Origin: Cycas panzhihuaensis
Taxonomy: Eukaryota; Plantae; Cycadophyta
Direction of reading: 5' to 3'
Assembly: GCA_023213395.1 (NCBI GenBank)
Contig: CM041465.1
Location: 171,437,741-171,501,740 of the forward strand
Length of the DNA stretch: 64,000 nucleotides
The position numbers were made by a program, and so were the translations under genes. Within the stretch, counting starts at the first letter, position 1; each line of letters opens with the position of its first letter. Positions 30,331 to 45,029 of the stretch are shown here, one piece after another. A model generated the notes under the pieces. That model saw only the letters and a program-made list of their open reading frames with translations. It was not told the origin of the DNA and did not search any database.

Positions 30331-33300
30331 GTATCCTAATAAGATAGGTTGGATATGGCAAGATGATGGACATTGTCTATTATACACAGTAAATGGATTT
30401 CCTTCCTTTTGCTATACTCTAAAAAGGAATTTCTTGGGGATCATACTATAAAGCATGGTGCTATGGTGAATGGACTTTAGTATTATATGGGTGATTTATA
30501 AACTCAACATCCATATTATTCTTTAAATATGCATATATGTATCATTAGAAATTTGAGGTTGATATCACGTGAGATGAATAGAAAAAAAAAAAGTAGTATA
30601 AAATACCATATTCAAATAATTAAATGATTATATATGTGTGTGTACTTAATAAAGGACTAATAAGAAATAGTTAGAAATACATGAAGATTTGAGAGCTTTA
30701 ATCACACATATTAAGAACATTCATATATTCATATATTAAAGGTATTTGCTTGTTTACTTACTTATGAGAAATAATTATATGCACCTAGAAGAATTTATGT
30801 ACAATAATTTAGAGTACACAATAATACACCACAGAGTAATTAATACATCATTAAGTGGTTATAATGATCACTCACATAATCCATGTATTAAACTTTATCC
30901 TCAACAATTGACCATAATGTTTTATTCATTTTGATTTATAGAAAATGCTTTTTTACTTTGCCAAATAAGTGTGGGACTCCTTCAATTATGCTTCTTTATT
31001 TTCTTCTTAATTCCCATATTAACTCTTCCAATTTAAGGCCCTTAAGCTTCAACATTATTTCTAGATTTTAAGCATGATTTATCAATGTTTATATAAAGAA
31101 ACAACCATCTAGTAGAATATATAGGTAGCTAATCACTACGAATACTAGTTTTTAAGGAAGTTCTTTATATATATGGTTTATCTACATCTATAAATTTTCA
31201 TGAGTTATTTATTTATAATCTTTTGATGTATTCACACTTATCATAGTGCATTATAAAAGTAGGCCAAACTACCTAATTAAGCAAATACTAAGCCAAATGT
31301 TGTAGGGCCATAATATTAAAATTATTAACATGTAAGAAATAAGATTAAAATTAATATTTATAAGGTTTTTAACAAAATAGAAATCAATAGTTTGTATATT
31401 GGTTTTCGAAAAACTTTATACATTTTCTAGGACAATTAGACTTTTATGTCTAGATTAATTTTTCCTTTAATTATCTATTTTTCATCTAATATGTCTCTAC
31501 CTTACCACAATGGTATTAGAGCTATTTGGGGTTATAATAGAATTACACTGTAGCTATTATAAGTACTCCAATTAGAAGAATCCTTAGGTACCAATAGAGA
31601 TTCCTAACTTATTTTCAAGTACATAGCATAAGAACAATTTGACCATTGATATGTGATGGATTAGAGTATAAACTTAACATAGTGAATTTAGTGGAGGCAA
31701 TTGAGAATATGCCAAACTTCCTATAACAATGTCAACATTTCTCTTTCAGAGCATCTCACCATTAGAATTAGTAATTGATCCCGTAATAGACTCATGAATA
31801 TCAGAAGATTGAGGTGAGAAAAACATTAAACTTAGTGATTCGAGGTACAAGATTCTTAGTATGTGCATTAGGTAGGTTCAGTTTGAGCAAGCTTATGACC
31901 CTCCAAAATAACATAATACTGCCTGCACTAGAGACTAACCACATCATATAAGACCAAAAGTAAAGCAATGATGAGTTTTTGCAGTATGCTAAATAAATTT
32001 TAAAAAAAAAATCTAGGTATTAAAAAAATTCCATTTGAATATTCCATAGAGAAAAAACATATTTCTTATTTAATTTTTTTGAGAACAAAACATGTTTACA
32101 CATCTTACAATAATAATTAATCCTAGAGCTAAAATAGACCAAGAATCATCTAGACGAGGGAAAGAGACAATGTTAGAGTAGTATTTATAAATGTAATATT
32201 CAAGAAGGATAAATGAATCATTTTTTACTATTTAAGAAGGAGAAAACATTAGCAAATTTCAATCAAAATGTTAATGGCTAAAAATTCTAGAGCTTTAATC
32301 AAGGAGTTGTAAGCTTATAATGATTTATTATATCAAAAGGAGGATGGCGCATGCTGAAAAGGTGGAAACTAGCTCAAAATATGGGAAGAATTAAATAACA
32401 TATGGGATCCCCTTATCTAAATCAATGATAACATCAACATGATAGAAGAGAAGGATAGCCCAAAGAAAACAAATATAAACACATTGAGATTCTCAAGTGA
32501 TGATAGTCATAAATATTCTATCGTCATGTGAAATTACCCATCTATTCTATAGATGGAGATATATACATAAACAAATAGCTAATAAAACTATTTAACTTAA
32601 GAACACTTAGCTTTAAGAAAGCATCAAACCAAGTGGATTTGGTCGTCTCTTAATTATAAGGTTTAATCTACATATGGGTGATTAGTAGAAGGATGATCCT
32701 AAAATATTCTTCTTCAACCAATTTAATGAAGATTTCTTTAAATACACCAAGGAAAACTAGGGTGATCCATATAAAATATAGCTAACTCATTACTTCTAGA
32801 GGAACACGATCATGCTTGAATATATAAAGATGTTTAAAGCATTGTAGATGGAGGCCAGAATTAAATCTAGTAATGGCATGCCGCTTTACTTGAGTAATAT
32901 GAGGGTAGAAGCATGAGAAGATGTGTCTTTTTGAGCTGTGGACACTTTAAAAGGCCATTTAAATGACACAATAGACTTAAAAAAACTAACTCTTCATCCA
33001 AACCAACTAGATGGCACTCCAACAGAAGTGATAAATATACATATAATTGAATAAGATAATGTCTAAGACCTTAGGGAGCCTAAATTTACTAGCTTCAAAT
33101 TTTAGCTCACTTAAGAGGGAAGATATGGAGAAATCTAAGAAAATAACATAAGGACTTTATTTTGATTATGGATAAAAATAGGAAAGGTGACACTCATTAG
33201 TCTATCCCAAACAAAAACAAGTTCATACTATAAAATTAGAGGATGATCAAGGTGAAGAATTATAGGATGTAGAAGAAAATCTTCTAAAAAATCAATAATA

Positions 33301-35853
33301 CAAAGAAATTTTGAATACCTAAACCTTAGATGATGGGCATCCTGAAATCTCCATGATTACCATATTTAGAATCTGATGATCCAATACCATTAAGATTTAT
33401 GGATCTTTGAAAATAAATAGTATTAGTATTAATAGGCTTGGGAAACACTCACTACCTTATTAATATTAATATAACCAAAAGTTTAAGCCTCTATATGGAT
33501 AAGAAGAAGTCTTTCAACATTTTAATATTAGGAGGTAAACTAGGTTACATGCGAAATGGAAGTGAACCATCAACAACTCTAACTAGGTAAGGTGATGATT
33601 ATTATGAACTTCTATACTTTCAATATTAGAGGTTTTGAAGTTGCACTTAGGGTCCAGTGGCTAAAAACCCTAGGTATGTATGGTCATAATCATAATGAGA
33701 ACTTTAATTACTTTTATATAAGCGAGCAAGTATATCAAGTTTTGGGGATCAGAACACTAAAGATGTTTATTATATTGATTGAAAAGATGATAAAGTATAT
33801 ACTTTTATTTACTTATTAGTTTATTGAATGAATGTGCCTATACTTATCTGATGATGATTTTGACCATGGTTAATGGCTTTATAATTGTCCATACAAGCTT
33901 AATGAGTTAAGGAAAGGCTTCTTAGTACCCCTACAAGACATGTATTATCCTTCTCTTCCTCCTATTTACAATACTAATCTATTTTGTTCTCTTCTTTAGA
34001 TGTTTCTTCATTTAAAACTCTTATATTTAAATACATTTTTTATTCTTACTATCATGGTTATTATCATCTCATTTTGGTTTTTGTTTTTATTTTTGTAAAA
34101 ATTCCATGTCTAGTGTACAACAAAGTTTACCATAATACTACTTTAAAATTTCATGGCATCGCTAAGAACTTCACAATACTAATTCTTTCATTTCTGTTTT
34201 TTTTTTGCCCACTATTGGTCATGCATTTATGGTACCTAATAAGGTATCAACTCACTTTTCCTATCAAAACCATGGGCTATATACCAGTTTGGCTTTAAAA
34301 CCATAGGCTAATTAATGCCTCTAGCATTAATTATCCCCAAAAGCATGGGTAATTAGCCCATGGTGTTCCTCTAGACTATGGGTCCAAAACCATGGGTCCT
34401 AACTCATCTATCTTTCTATTTATACCCTCCATTTTTCATTGGAAAAGGGAGATTAATTTCTAAGCTGATATGTTATTATTATGCTACTAAAATTTATGCA
34501 AAAGACCCATAGCTTTCAAATCTGATTGGTTGAATTCCACTATTAGATTAAGGCTTTAATATTAGACATTATTAGAGTACTCTTTGGATGGAGTAGAATG
34601 TCACTCGCATCTCCCCTTCACTTGGAATAAGGGTAACACCCCCCACATTGCCAAGATTTTCTTACTTCTTTTAATACTTTATTTACTTACTTTTATGGCA
34701 TTAAATTACCATCTTTTATGTTTGTTATTTGCTCTAATTTTAGTTCTTTTGTCTTTGCATACTTAACTTTCTTTATAGTTGGCATCTTATAGAGGAAAAG
34801 ATAGGCTCAATATTGCTTATAAGGATAAAAAAAGGGTGGCAAAATAGCCATTTCTTATGCCCCTCTTTACGCCATTTCCTTTACTTATTTTAAGTCAATA
34901 TTTTAGCTTTAGTTTTCAAGATTTTTCATCTATTTACTATAGACTTTGTTAGATACTAATCAATGTAGGTGGAGGAGCTTTCCTAAAGATTTGAGTGCAA
35001 CTTAGAGTGTGCTTAGAGTAACTAAAGAAATCCCTTCCTTCTCTTTCATTCATTCAACTCAAACAAATAAAGTGCTTATTACACAGTCATTATACTATCA
35101 AAATTATCTCAGATAGCTATAAAGGTTAGTATCTTAATGTAGCTTTTAAATTGACTTCTAACATATTTTATTTTAAACATAAACTTTTTTTCAGTATAGG
35201 TCAATCTAATAAGCAGAAATATTATTAAAATTTTCCTAGAAATCATTTATAAACACATTTACCTAATCTTATTTTTCATGTATTGGTAATTCAAAAAATT
35301 ATGAATAAAATTTACTAAAAAAAGGGGTAAAATTAGATATTTGGAATATTATTCTTAGTATTCCTTAAACCTTTCCTTTTATAAATTCAGTTTTGAAAAC
35401 AAAAAACATTTAAAAATATTACTTTATTTCATAGTTTTATTTAACAAAAAGGATTAGGAAAAGAGTTTACACTTATTGTATTCTCATTGTTGCCTCTTCT
35501 TCCCTTACCTCACATGTAGATTTTCATTAAAAAAGAAAAAAAAGGTTTATTAAAATGATCAGAAAAGAAGGTTTAAAAAGAATATTTCTCTTTTGCATAT
35601 TACATTTGCACTTGCATTTTGGTATGTATCTTTTCAAAGACCTAATGAGGAAGAGGTTTGCACCTATTATGACTCTTTGAATATGTGGGGCTACACTTAT
35701 ATTTTTTAGGTTAGATTATTTATTACTTGTATGCAACTAAAATTATATAACTAGTAGCATTTAAATTATTTATTATATTCTCCTCTTAGTCTCTTATAGG
35801 TTTTAGGGTCTTATTCTCCTCTTAGTCTCTTATATGAACTTCTATACTTTCAA

Positions 35854-37912
35854 AACACTAAAGATATTTATTATATTGATTGAAAAGATGACAAAGTATA
35901 TACTTTTCTTTACCTGTTGGTTTATTGAATGAATGTGCCCATACTTAGCTTATGATGATTTCGACCAGGGTTAATGGCTTTATAATTGTCCATACAAGCT
36001 CAATGTGTTAAGGAAAGGCTTCTTAGTACCCCTGCAAGACATGTATTATCCTTCTCTTCCTCTTATTAACAATACTAATATATTTTGTTCTATTCTTTAA
36101 ATGTTTCTTCATTTAAAACTCTTATTTTTAAATACATTTTTTATTCTTACTATCATGGTTATTATCATCTTATTTTAGTTTTAGTTTTTATTTTTGTAAA
36201 AATTCCATTTCTAGTGTGCAACAAAGTTTACCGTGATACTACTTTACAACTTCATGGCATCGCTAAGAACTTCATGATACCAATTCTTTCATTTCTTTTT
36301 TTTTTGGCCCACTATTGGTCATGCATTTATGGTACCTAATAAGGCATCAACTCACTTTTCCCATCAAAACCATTGGCTATGTATGGGTTTGGCTTTAAAA
36401 CCATAGGCTAATTAATGCCTATAGTATTAATTTTCCCCAAAAGCATGGGTAATCAACCCATGGTGTTCCTATAGACTATGAGGCCAAAACCATGGGTCCT
36501 AACTCATCTATCTTTCTATTTATACCCTCAAGTTTTCATTGGAAAAGGGAGATTAATTTCTAAGCTAATATGTTATTATTATGCTACTAAAATTTATGCA
36601 AAAAGCCTATAGCTTTCAAATCTGATTGGTTGAATTCCACTATTAGATTAAGGATTTAATATTAGACATTATTAGAGTACTCTTTGGATGGAGTAGAATG
36701 TCACTCGCATCTCCCCTTCACATAGAATAAGGGTAACACCCCCCCACATTACCTATATTTTCTTCCTTCTTCTAATACTTTATTTACTTACTTTTATGGC
36801 ATTAAATTGCCCTCTTTTATGCTTGTTATTTGCTCTGATTTTAGTTCTTTTGTCTTTGCATACTTAACTTTCTTTGTAGTTGGCATCTTATAGAGGAAAA
36901 AATGAGCTCAATATTGCTTATTAGGATAAAAAAAGGGTGGCAAAATAGCAATTTCTGACGCCCCTCTTTATCCCGTTTCCTTTGCTTATTTAAGTCAATA
37001 TTTTAGCTTTAGTTTGCAAGATTTTTCATCTATTTACTATAGACTTTGCTAGATACTAATCAATGTAGGTGGAGGAGCTTTCCTAAAGATTTGAGTGCAA
37101 CTTAGAGTGTGCTTAGAGTAACTAAAGAAATCCCTTCCTTCTCTTTCATTCATTCAACTCAAACAAATAAAGTGCTTATTACACAGTCATTATGCTATCA
37201 AAATTACCTCAAATAGCTATAAAGATTAGTATCTTAAAGTAGCTTTTAAATTAACTTCTAACATAATTTATTTTAAAGATAAATGTTTTTTCAGTATAGG
37301 TCAATCTAATAAGTAGAAATATTATTAAAATTTTCCTAGAAATCATTTATAAACACATTTACCTAATCTTATTTTACATGTATTAGTAATTTAGAAGATT
37401 GTGAATAAAATTTACTAAAAAAAGGGGGTCAAATTAGATATTTGGAATATTATTCTTAGTATTCCTTAAACCTTTCCTTTTATAAATTCAGTTTTGAAAA
37501 CAGAAAACACTTAAAAATATTATCTTATTTCATAGTTTTATTTTTTAAAAAGGATTAGGAAAAGAGTTTACACTTATTGTATACTCATTGTTGCCTATTC
37601 TTCCCTTACCTCACATGTAGGTTTTCATTGAAAAAGAAAAAAAAAGGTTTCTTAAAATAATCATAAAAGAAGGTTTAAAAACAATATTTCTCTTTTGCAT
37701 ATTACATTTTCACTTGCGTTTTTGCATGTATCTTTTCAAAGACCTAATGAGGAAGAGGTTTGCACCTGCTATGAGTCTTTCAATATGTAGGGCTACACTA
37801 ATATTTTTTAGGTTAGATTATTTATTACTTGTATGCAATTAAAAATATATAACTAGTAGTATTTAAATTATTTATTATATTCACCTCTTAGTCTCTTATA
37901 GGTTTTAGGGTC
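35854..37912 (+). repeat. Third copy of a ~2.06-kb segment (others at ~2889-4910 and 33753-35811)
   Basis: ORF 36085 is a paralog of 3119 and 33984. Sequence is colinear. Confidence 0.95.
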
Positions 37913-40605
37913 TTCTTTTTGTTGAAAAGAGGGGATAGTCATCTTTCTACCTGGGTTTCATTATTATATGAGAAAGATTATTTTATGCTTTTAGGCATTA
38001 AGTCTCTAATTTATGTTCTAAATAGGTTGTTAAATGGTGCCTATCTCCACCATCTGTTCATGCATAGGATGTTCATAATTAAGTGAGTTTCATTTATACT
38101 ATTGATAATGATGACCTCTTATATTTCAGCCTCTTTGATCTTGAGGTACATTAGAATTACCAAACTGCATTGCACTTGTGTGAGTGATATCATTAGTAGA
38201 AGAGTCTTTATTGACTTATTCATTAGTGAATCTATCCTATAGTCTTGGTTCCTTTAGATACCTTATTTTGGATAATCCTTTTCTTGGTTCTTTTATATTG
38301 ATTCTATTAAGTTAGGTTCATGTTAGAGCCAGGATTAAGATGGGTTAATTTATTTGGGTTGTTATAGTTGCATAAAATGGGCACATAGTTACATAAGTGT
38401 TTTTTGGAAACTCATACTTAATCGATCCCTTTACAATGTGAGGATTATTGTTGTGTTGTTTGGCCCTCTAAGGGCATTGGGTATCTTATTTAGTTGATAT
38501 TATCTTAGTCTTTGCAGTTGATTTTTAGTTCATCTCCTTGTTTAATTCACAAGTTATCTCATCTGCCTACTTATATTATACATTTTAATTATTAATTGGT
38601 TTTACTTATTATTTTAATCTCTCTTTATTTTTCTCTTTTTATAACACATAGCACATACCTATATTTTACCCTTAGATCAATATAGTATACACATTATGCA
38701 TCATCCTTACACTTGTGTATAAGAGATGCATGAGTTCCCTATAAGGAGCATATACTCATACCCCCCCCAAATTGGATCCTTGTTCATCCTTTGGGTCCAT
38801 TCTAAGGTTTTGTTTATACGTCCTCTCCTCCTATCTATTTGTGTTCATTAGCAACCATATTAGAGACTCACCAATATAATGTTATCTTTGTATTATATTA
38901 ATAATTCTTCTTCTTTTCCTTATTCAAATCCTTAGAGATAGGGTGAGACTCCATTTAGTTTATAACTCATCTTTATGAGGATCCCTCATATTTATCCTAT
39001 AGCTTTAGAGTCTAGATGTATACCATAAGTTTAGACCTTCTTCATTTTTTTCTTCTACTTCTTGTATATGACGATATTCTCATCATCTTAAAGGCCTTCC
39101 TCCATTTGTCTCTAATCTTTCACATACATCTAGTCCTTCACCTATTAAGCACTCCTCAATGGTAGGCTAGATCCAACTTGAGTGGTCTACAAATCCGTTT
39201 TAGGCCCAACAATTAAACTACTTACAAGAGTTTTACCTAACACAAGATCTATATCAAGCCTAAGATATATACCAAGCCTACATGTAGGATTGGCCTTAAG
39301 TAATTGATACTTATGTATCACAGGTGCTTTATCAAGGAGTAGATCCTATGTACTAGCCATATGAAGTAAATTAGGACCCCACTAAGTCTCTAACATATAT
39401 CATTAGATCCACCACCTAACTCCATGACCTTTCTTAGACCCCAAAGTTAAAACTTAAGCTTTTACCTTTGACCAGACCCAAGATAGTGAGTAGGTTCCCA
39501 ACCCACTTCAAATATAATCCACTCTATTCAATACTAAAACCATCATTAAAGTATAATACAAAGTGGTTGTAATAATAAATCTTACTTTAATTTAGGTTTG
39601 CCATTTATTTGGGATTGTGCCTACATTTGTCTTAATCATTTCCCAACCTCAATAGTAAGTAAGCTCATAATAGTAGACTACTTCCCAACTAGTAGCACCA
39701 TTTGTCCCTCCACTTATCCACCCATCCACCCCTAAATTGATAATAACACTATTTATAGGTCCTATTTTAATAGTAATGCCCTAATCTATCCCATATGTTT
39801 CCCCACTTATCCCACCAATAAGTGGGCTTCATACATCTATTCAGTAACTAATAGTTATATGGACTACTCCTATACCTCTAGTTTTTCCTCATCCTCATCC
39901 AATATGACTCTTAAGGATGCCTCACCCCCTCCATGTCCCATTCATCCTATCCAACCCATCTCCTAACCTGGGTAACCCTTCTTTGTTTTGCTTATGTATG
40001 TTTCCTAATAGTGGGGATAAGGTGGGCCTCATCCTCAACCTACATTTGGAGTCAATCCACTTTTCCCATATGTGTTTGCCCCACTGATTAGAGGCCTATA
40101 TGGTTTGAATTCAATTCCACATCCTCCATCTTATCTTTTACCACTTTACCAAACCACATCTATTTGTTCTTAAGTATATAAATTATCCTACAAAGTTGTA
40201 GGTCCCTAATCCACCCATGTTTATTAAGGTCTTAATATCTAGCCTTATTAGACTTGACCTAGGCCTGCACCTATCTTATCTCATATAACTATACCTTAAG
40301 GAGTTACTACATAGGTTTGTGTTCCTTATCAAGCCCCCACCTTTGGTACCTCAATATATAGGGTACCTATTCTATATATACCCAACCCCTATGCCCAAGC
40401 AATAACTACTTATCAAGCTAAAACCATCTCTTAAACTATTCCATCATGCCAAGCCCACCAACAAGTATATACACCTTATGTGCGAAGCCAAACATACCTA
40501 GTTTATCCATCATAACAAATCTTTTTATTAGTTAATCATCTAGCTTAACTTGGTATATATCCCTTTAATGATTATAAGATCAACCAAAGATATTAGTATT
40601 ATATA

Positions 40606-41057
40606 TCCCTTATAATACTAAGATCCATAACTTCTTCTATGTGCCATGCCTTAAAAAGCTCTTTAGAAAGTCCATTGTACCACATATCACTCTCATAATC
40701 CTCACCGAAGAGCAACTCCTAATCTTTCCCCTAGACTATATTTTGGAAACTAAACACCACCATCTCTAAAATAAGACCATTTTTGAACATTTGGCACAAT
40801 TGACTGGCAGTAGACTCGAGGAAATGACATGGGAGCTAGATGAATTTATTAAGTAGCATCCATATCTATTACACTATGGGGACTCAATATCTTAGGAGAG
40901 GGGACCTATTACATAACCACTAGTGGTTGGCAGAACTCTTGTGAATGTACTCCTTATTAATAAAAAATAGGTATTAATGTTGACCATTAGAATGTATGCG
41001 CAGGTCACTTAGGACCACCAATGGAAATAAATGTTAAATGTCTCTCCAATGAGATTT
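40606..41057 (+). mobile_element. Duplicated gypsy INT/chromodomain tail, PPT and truncated LTR (copy of 18054-18505)
   Basis: Near-identical to 18054-18505. Confidence 0.85.
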
Positions 41058-42549
41058 AGACATAGGTTGAAAATTTTTAATTCTAACTATAGATGTTCTT
41101 ATGTATATTTATTAGCCTTGAACAATTACTATTATCTATTACATATGTACATACATTTACATTTTGATATTAGTTACATAGATGAAGTAAATTGGTGATA
41201 GGTGTAGTTAGTACTTTCACTAACACCTTGAAGATGATTCATATGTAGAGTGATTTAAACTTTTTAAAACTATATACAAATATAAGAGCCATTTAAATGA
41301 AAAAGGTGATATTAATTTTTAAATGTAGTTTTGATTTTAAAAACAATTTTGGTCTTCATTGTTAGCATATGTAAGTTTGAATCTAAAAGCAATTGTTCTA
41401 TGTATTGTCTTTATTATTGGAAAATACAAAATGAAGAATTAAGGTAGAAGAAAATATTTAGTGTATCTAAAAGTTGCTTTTAGAATTATTTTGATTTATG
41501 GGGCCTTACCCTATTAACATTTAGGGTTAAATATAAACACCTACCATGACTTTGAACAAGCTTAGGCATATGAAAAAGTAAGTTTTTGTACCCTTAAAAT
41601 GAACTTGTGCACACTAAGTAGATGTGCTTATTTAGGAAATCAAACCCTTATACCTTAGTCATTATGACATAGGTTTCACATTTTTTGGGCACTATTTTCA
41701 AGGATAAGACCATGAAAGGAGAGAGGTAATGATAAATTTTAGAAATAGCAATATATATCTTGATTTTGTGTATAAGTTTTTTAAGGAGACATGAACATAA
41801 GCATATGAACTTCTCTTTACTTGGGCATTTCCACCTTAGTGTACCTCTAGTTATTGTCCTATATTGTGCACTTATTATGACTCTCTTACCTTTCTTATTT
41901 TTAGTATTTATGTACCATTTTCAAGGATTAAATGGAGGAATACAAGAAGTGTCGATAGATTTCAATGTAACTTTAAATGTGATTCTAACAGTGCTAATGC
42001 ACTTGTAGCTTCTTAACCACATACATATGCATGCCATGATTCACTCCTATTTAAATCCCATAGCACTTTGATTCTTATGTCCATGACTTATGCTTGTATT
42101 TTAGCCACATATATTTTCATTATAAATTTGTATGCATATTGGTTTAAATGATATTGTGACAACATCATTGAATGACCTTTTCTTTCACATTAAATATGCA
42201 CATATGAATTTGGAGGAAAGTAGAACGTTAAAGTCTATGGTCTTCTCCTTTGTGTTGAATATGTATTCATTATTGTTTTGAATTTGCTTTGATTATCATT
42301 GCCACCCAATTAAAATTTCCTCATTATTTCTAGATACCATTTTATTGAGTGCAAGTTGCATTTGTTTGTCCTCTTTTTTTCTTTGTGTTTCAGTTATTCA
42401 ACCTAGATTGCTTGTAGTATGGAACACGTTATTTGTACTTACCTTATCACACTACTTGTATTCCTTAATTACTTAGAATTATTGGGCTAGATTCTTGACC
42501 ATGTGAATTTAAGATGCATGTATGCATATGAGCTCAAGGGAGATCAAGG

Positions 42550-42689
42550 CATTAAAGTGTGTGGCATGTTGGCTTCTTTATATACATAGTTTATATTCCT
42601 AGTCCCTTCTCATCCTTGTCATTAAAGTGTGCGGCATGTTGACTTCTTTATATACATAGTTTATATTCCTAGTCCCTTCTCATCCTTGT
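42550..42689. repeat. Two-copy 70-bp tandem repeat in the RLK copy 2 promoter
   Basis: Units at 42550-42619 and 42620-42689. Confidence 0.95.
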
Positions 42690-42713
42690 CACATATTATA
42701 ATTGTAGTTATCA

Positions 42714-42902
42714 AGTCAATTTTACCTATAGCATGTTGTATCCATGCATCTTCCCTTCTCTAATGTTGCTTGACTAATTTAAACCCCATTTAGAAGCATA
42801 TGTGGCTTACTTAAGTGGTCAAGTTTCTTTTTGGGTCAACCACTCTTTCTCTTCATGGGTATTCACACTTGGGATACATTTATCTTTGATTGCCTATATA
42901 TA
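42714..42902 (+). promoter_or_regulatory. W-box cluster plus TATA box of LRR-RLK copy 2
   Basis: W-boxes at 42714, 42770, 42817 and 42834 (extra ones at 42495 and 42639). TATA at 42895. ATG at 42960. Confidence 0.6.
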
Positions 42903-42959
42903 TGAGTTTGAAGGAGGTTAACCCACACATAGCCCTAAGATTCATTTTCATTTTTGAAG

Positions 42960-44348
42960 ATGCATCTCTTATTGTTATTTGTTCTGTCCTCCGTTAGATT
43001 CCTTCTATCATGCTCAACTCTTGCCCAAGCATCTCATTTTAATCCTCATCCCCACCTCAACAATGCTACTGCAGTTTCTTTTGGCATCCAAGGCTTCGAT
43101 CATGCTTGATCCTAACAATGTATTAGGCAATTGGGATTCTGATGTAACCTTCTGCAATTGGAGAGGCATTTGGTGTAGTTCAAGAAGAGAAAGAGTGGTG
43201 GTCATAAATCTCCAAAGCAAGGGCTTAAGAGGTACCATCACCCCCTTTCTAAAAAATCTTTCGTTTTTGCACACTCTACGACTTGCTAATAATAGGTTTT
43301 ATGGTCCCATTCCACACGAATTAGGAAGCCTCCACCGGTTAAGAACCCTTTCGTTGCTGATAAACGAGTTAGAGGGTCCCATTCCGACGGCACTCGCTAA
43401 TTGTAGCAAACTGGAAATCTTAGCTCTCTCGTTCAACCAGTTGAGCGGAATCATTCCGCCTAGCTATCTCTTCTTACAGGTTTACGGATACTTTACCTTG
43501 ATCAAAGCGTAGGAAACCTCTCTGCCCTGGTGGAATTGGACTTGGGGGTGAACAATCTCCATGGTGTCATCCCCCCTCGGTTCGGTCTCCTCATCAATCT
43601 ACAGTTCCTTTTGATCAGTGAGAATCATCTGAGCGGACACATTCCACCGTCCCTCTCCAACTGCACTGCCCTCTTCGAATTGGGTTTGTAGGACAACCAT
43701 TTAACGGGAACGATTCCCGTGGAGTTGGGCGTCAGGCTCCTCAATCTGCAATTACTCTCTCTGTGGAAGAACCAGTTGAGTGGTAGCATTCTGGAGTCTG
43801 TGGGCAACTGTACTCAACTCACAAAACTTGCCTTGAACGAGAATCAACTGACAGGTGCAGTGTCGGTGGCGTTGGGTAAGTTGCATCTTCTTGAACGCCT
43901 TTATTTGCATAATAATCGACTTGTCAGCGGTGACGGATTGCGTTCTCACTAAGACTCGCCAATTGCTCTGGCCCTCCAAGAAATACATTTGAATTCCAAT
44001 AATCCCACTGCGTGTTACCCCTTCCATAGGCCGATCGCTCACCAATCTCTCCGCTTTTACCGCAAATCAATCGCATTGGACGAAACATTCCTCCTCAAAT
44101 ACTGACCGGCAGGAGATCGTGCGCTATTGTCTTTTTCGACTCGTGCATGTGGGATTACTCTCCTCCAAAGAATCACCAGAAGACCGACCGAGCATGAGGG
44201 CGGTGGTGGGGGCATTCGAGAGTATCAAGCGGAGCTTTGAAGGAACCACACTGTCTGCCAGATTTACATCGGATATATGGCATTTAGTGGCCAATACAAG
44301 TGTCAAGTGAGGGTCTAATCCCGAAGCTCTACTACATCTACTCTCTAG
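42960..44348 (+). pseudogene. LRR-XII RLK pseudogene copy 2: N-terminal LRRs fused to the kinase subdomain XI/C-tail
   Basis: Paralog of 20430-21590 with a 5-bp deletion ~43070, a 1-bp deletion ~43461 and TAG ~43689. At ~44101 it switches to CLFRLVHVGLLSSKESPEDRPSMRAVVGAFESIK (kinase end, DRPxM) plus a Ser/Thr-rich tail. Confidence 0.93.
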
Positions 44349-45029
44349 GCAGTGAGTGCTTCTAAGATATCAGGCCGCAAAGTAGGTGCTCTTCTTTTCC
44401 TTAACGAGTTCTATACCATGTTGGAACTCGCAAATAATTACCGCGATGTTATTTGTTTTATGTCTAAATATTTTGCACTTGATGATTTTTTTTTCTATAG
44501 TTTATAGGTGTATGGATGTTTTTCATATGATGTCGAAAGAAAAGGAATTCTTTGACATTGCCATTGTAGATTATTTGTCCATTCATCCTCTATGGTCATT
44601 ATGCATCTGTCTCCAAATAATAAAATATAATAAAACACCACTTCTTTGAGAGTAAGGATGAGAGAAGAGAGGGGAAACAAGCAAGCTAAGAGACAAGGCA
44701 CTCGAGTATGGGATGGGACATGGGTACAAAGGGTTAAGATGACATGATATTAGATGTGACATAAATATAAAGAGGACAAATAATATGTCATTATAATTAA
44801 CATTAGAAAAATAATAGCGAGTATGCATATACATATATATAAACAAATCCATGGTAATTATTTGCAATAACAACAATCACCCACTTGATAACATTTTTGG
44901 GGATGAAATAAAACTTCAAATTATCACTTCTTTATGAAAATGATAAAGAATATATAAATAAGCTCTTATGCAATTGTTGTTTAAAGCAGTAATTTTAAAA
45001 AACTAATATAATGTTATTTAGAGATGTTG

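Larger units (their letters stand above)
30875..44100 (+). repeat. Segmental (tandem) duplicate of 1-7586 plus 18054-~21590 (unit B)
   Basis: Colinear, roughly 95% identical by eye, offset 30874 at the start. Duplicated ORF pairs 2727/33592, 3119/33984, 19230/41760 and 20424/42979. Confidence 0.97.
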
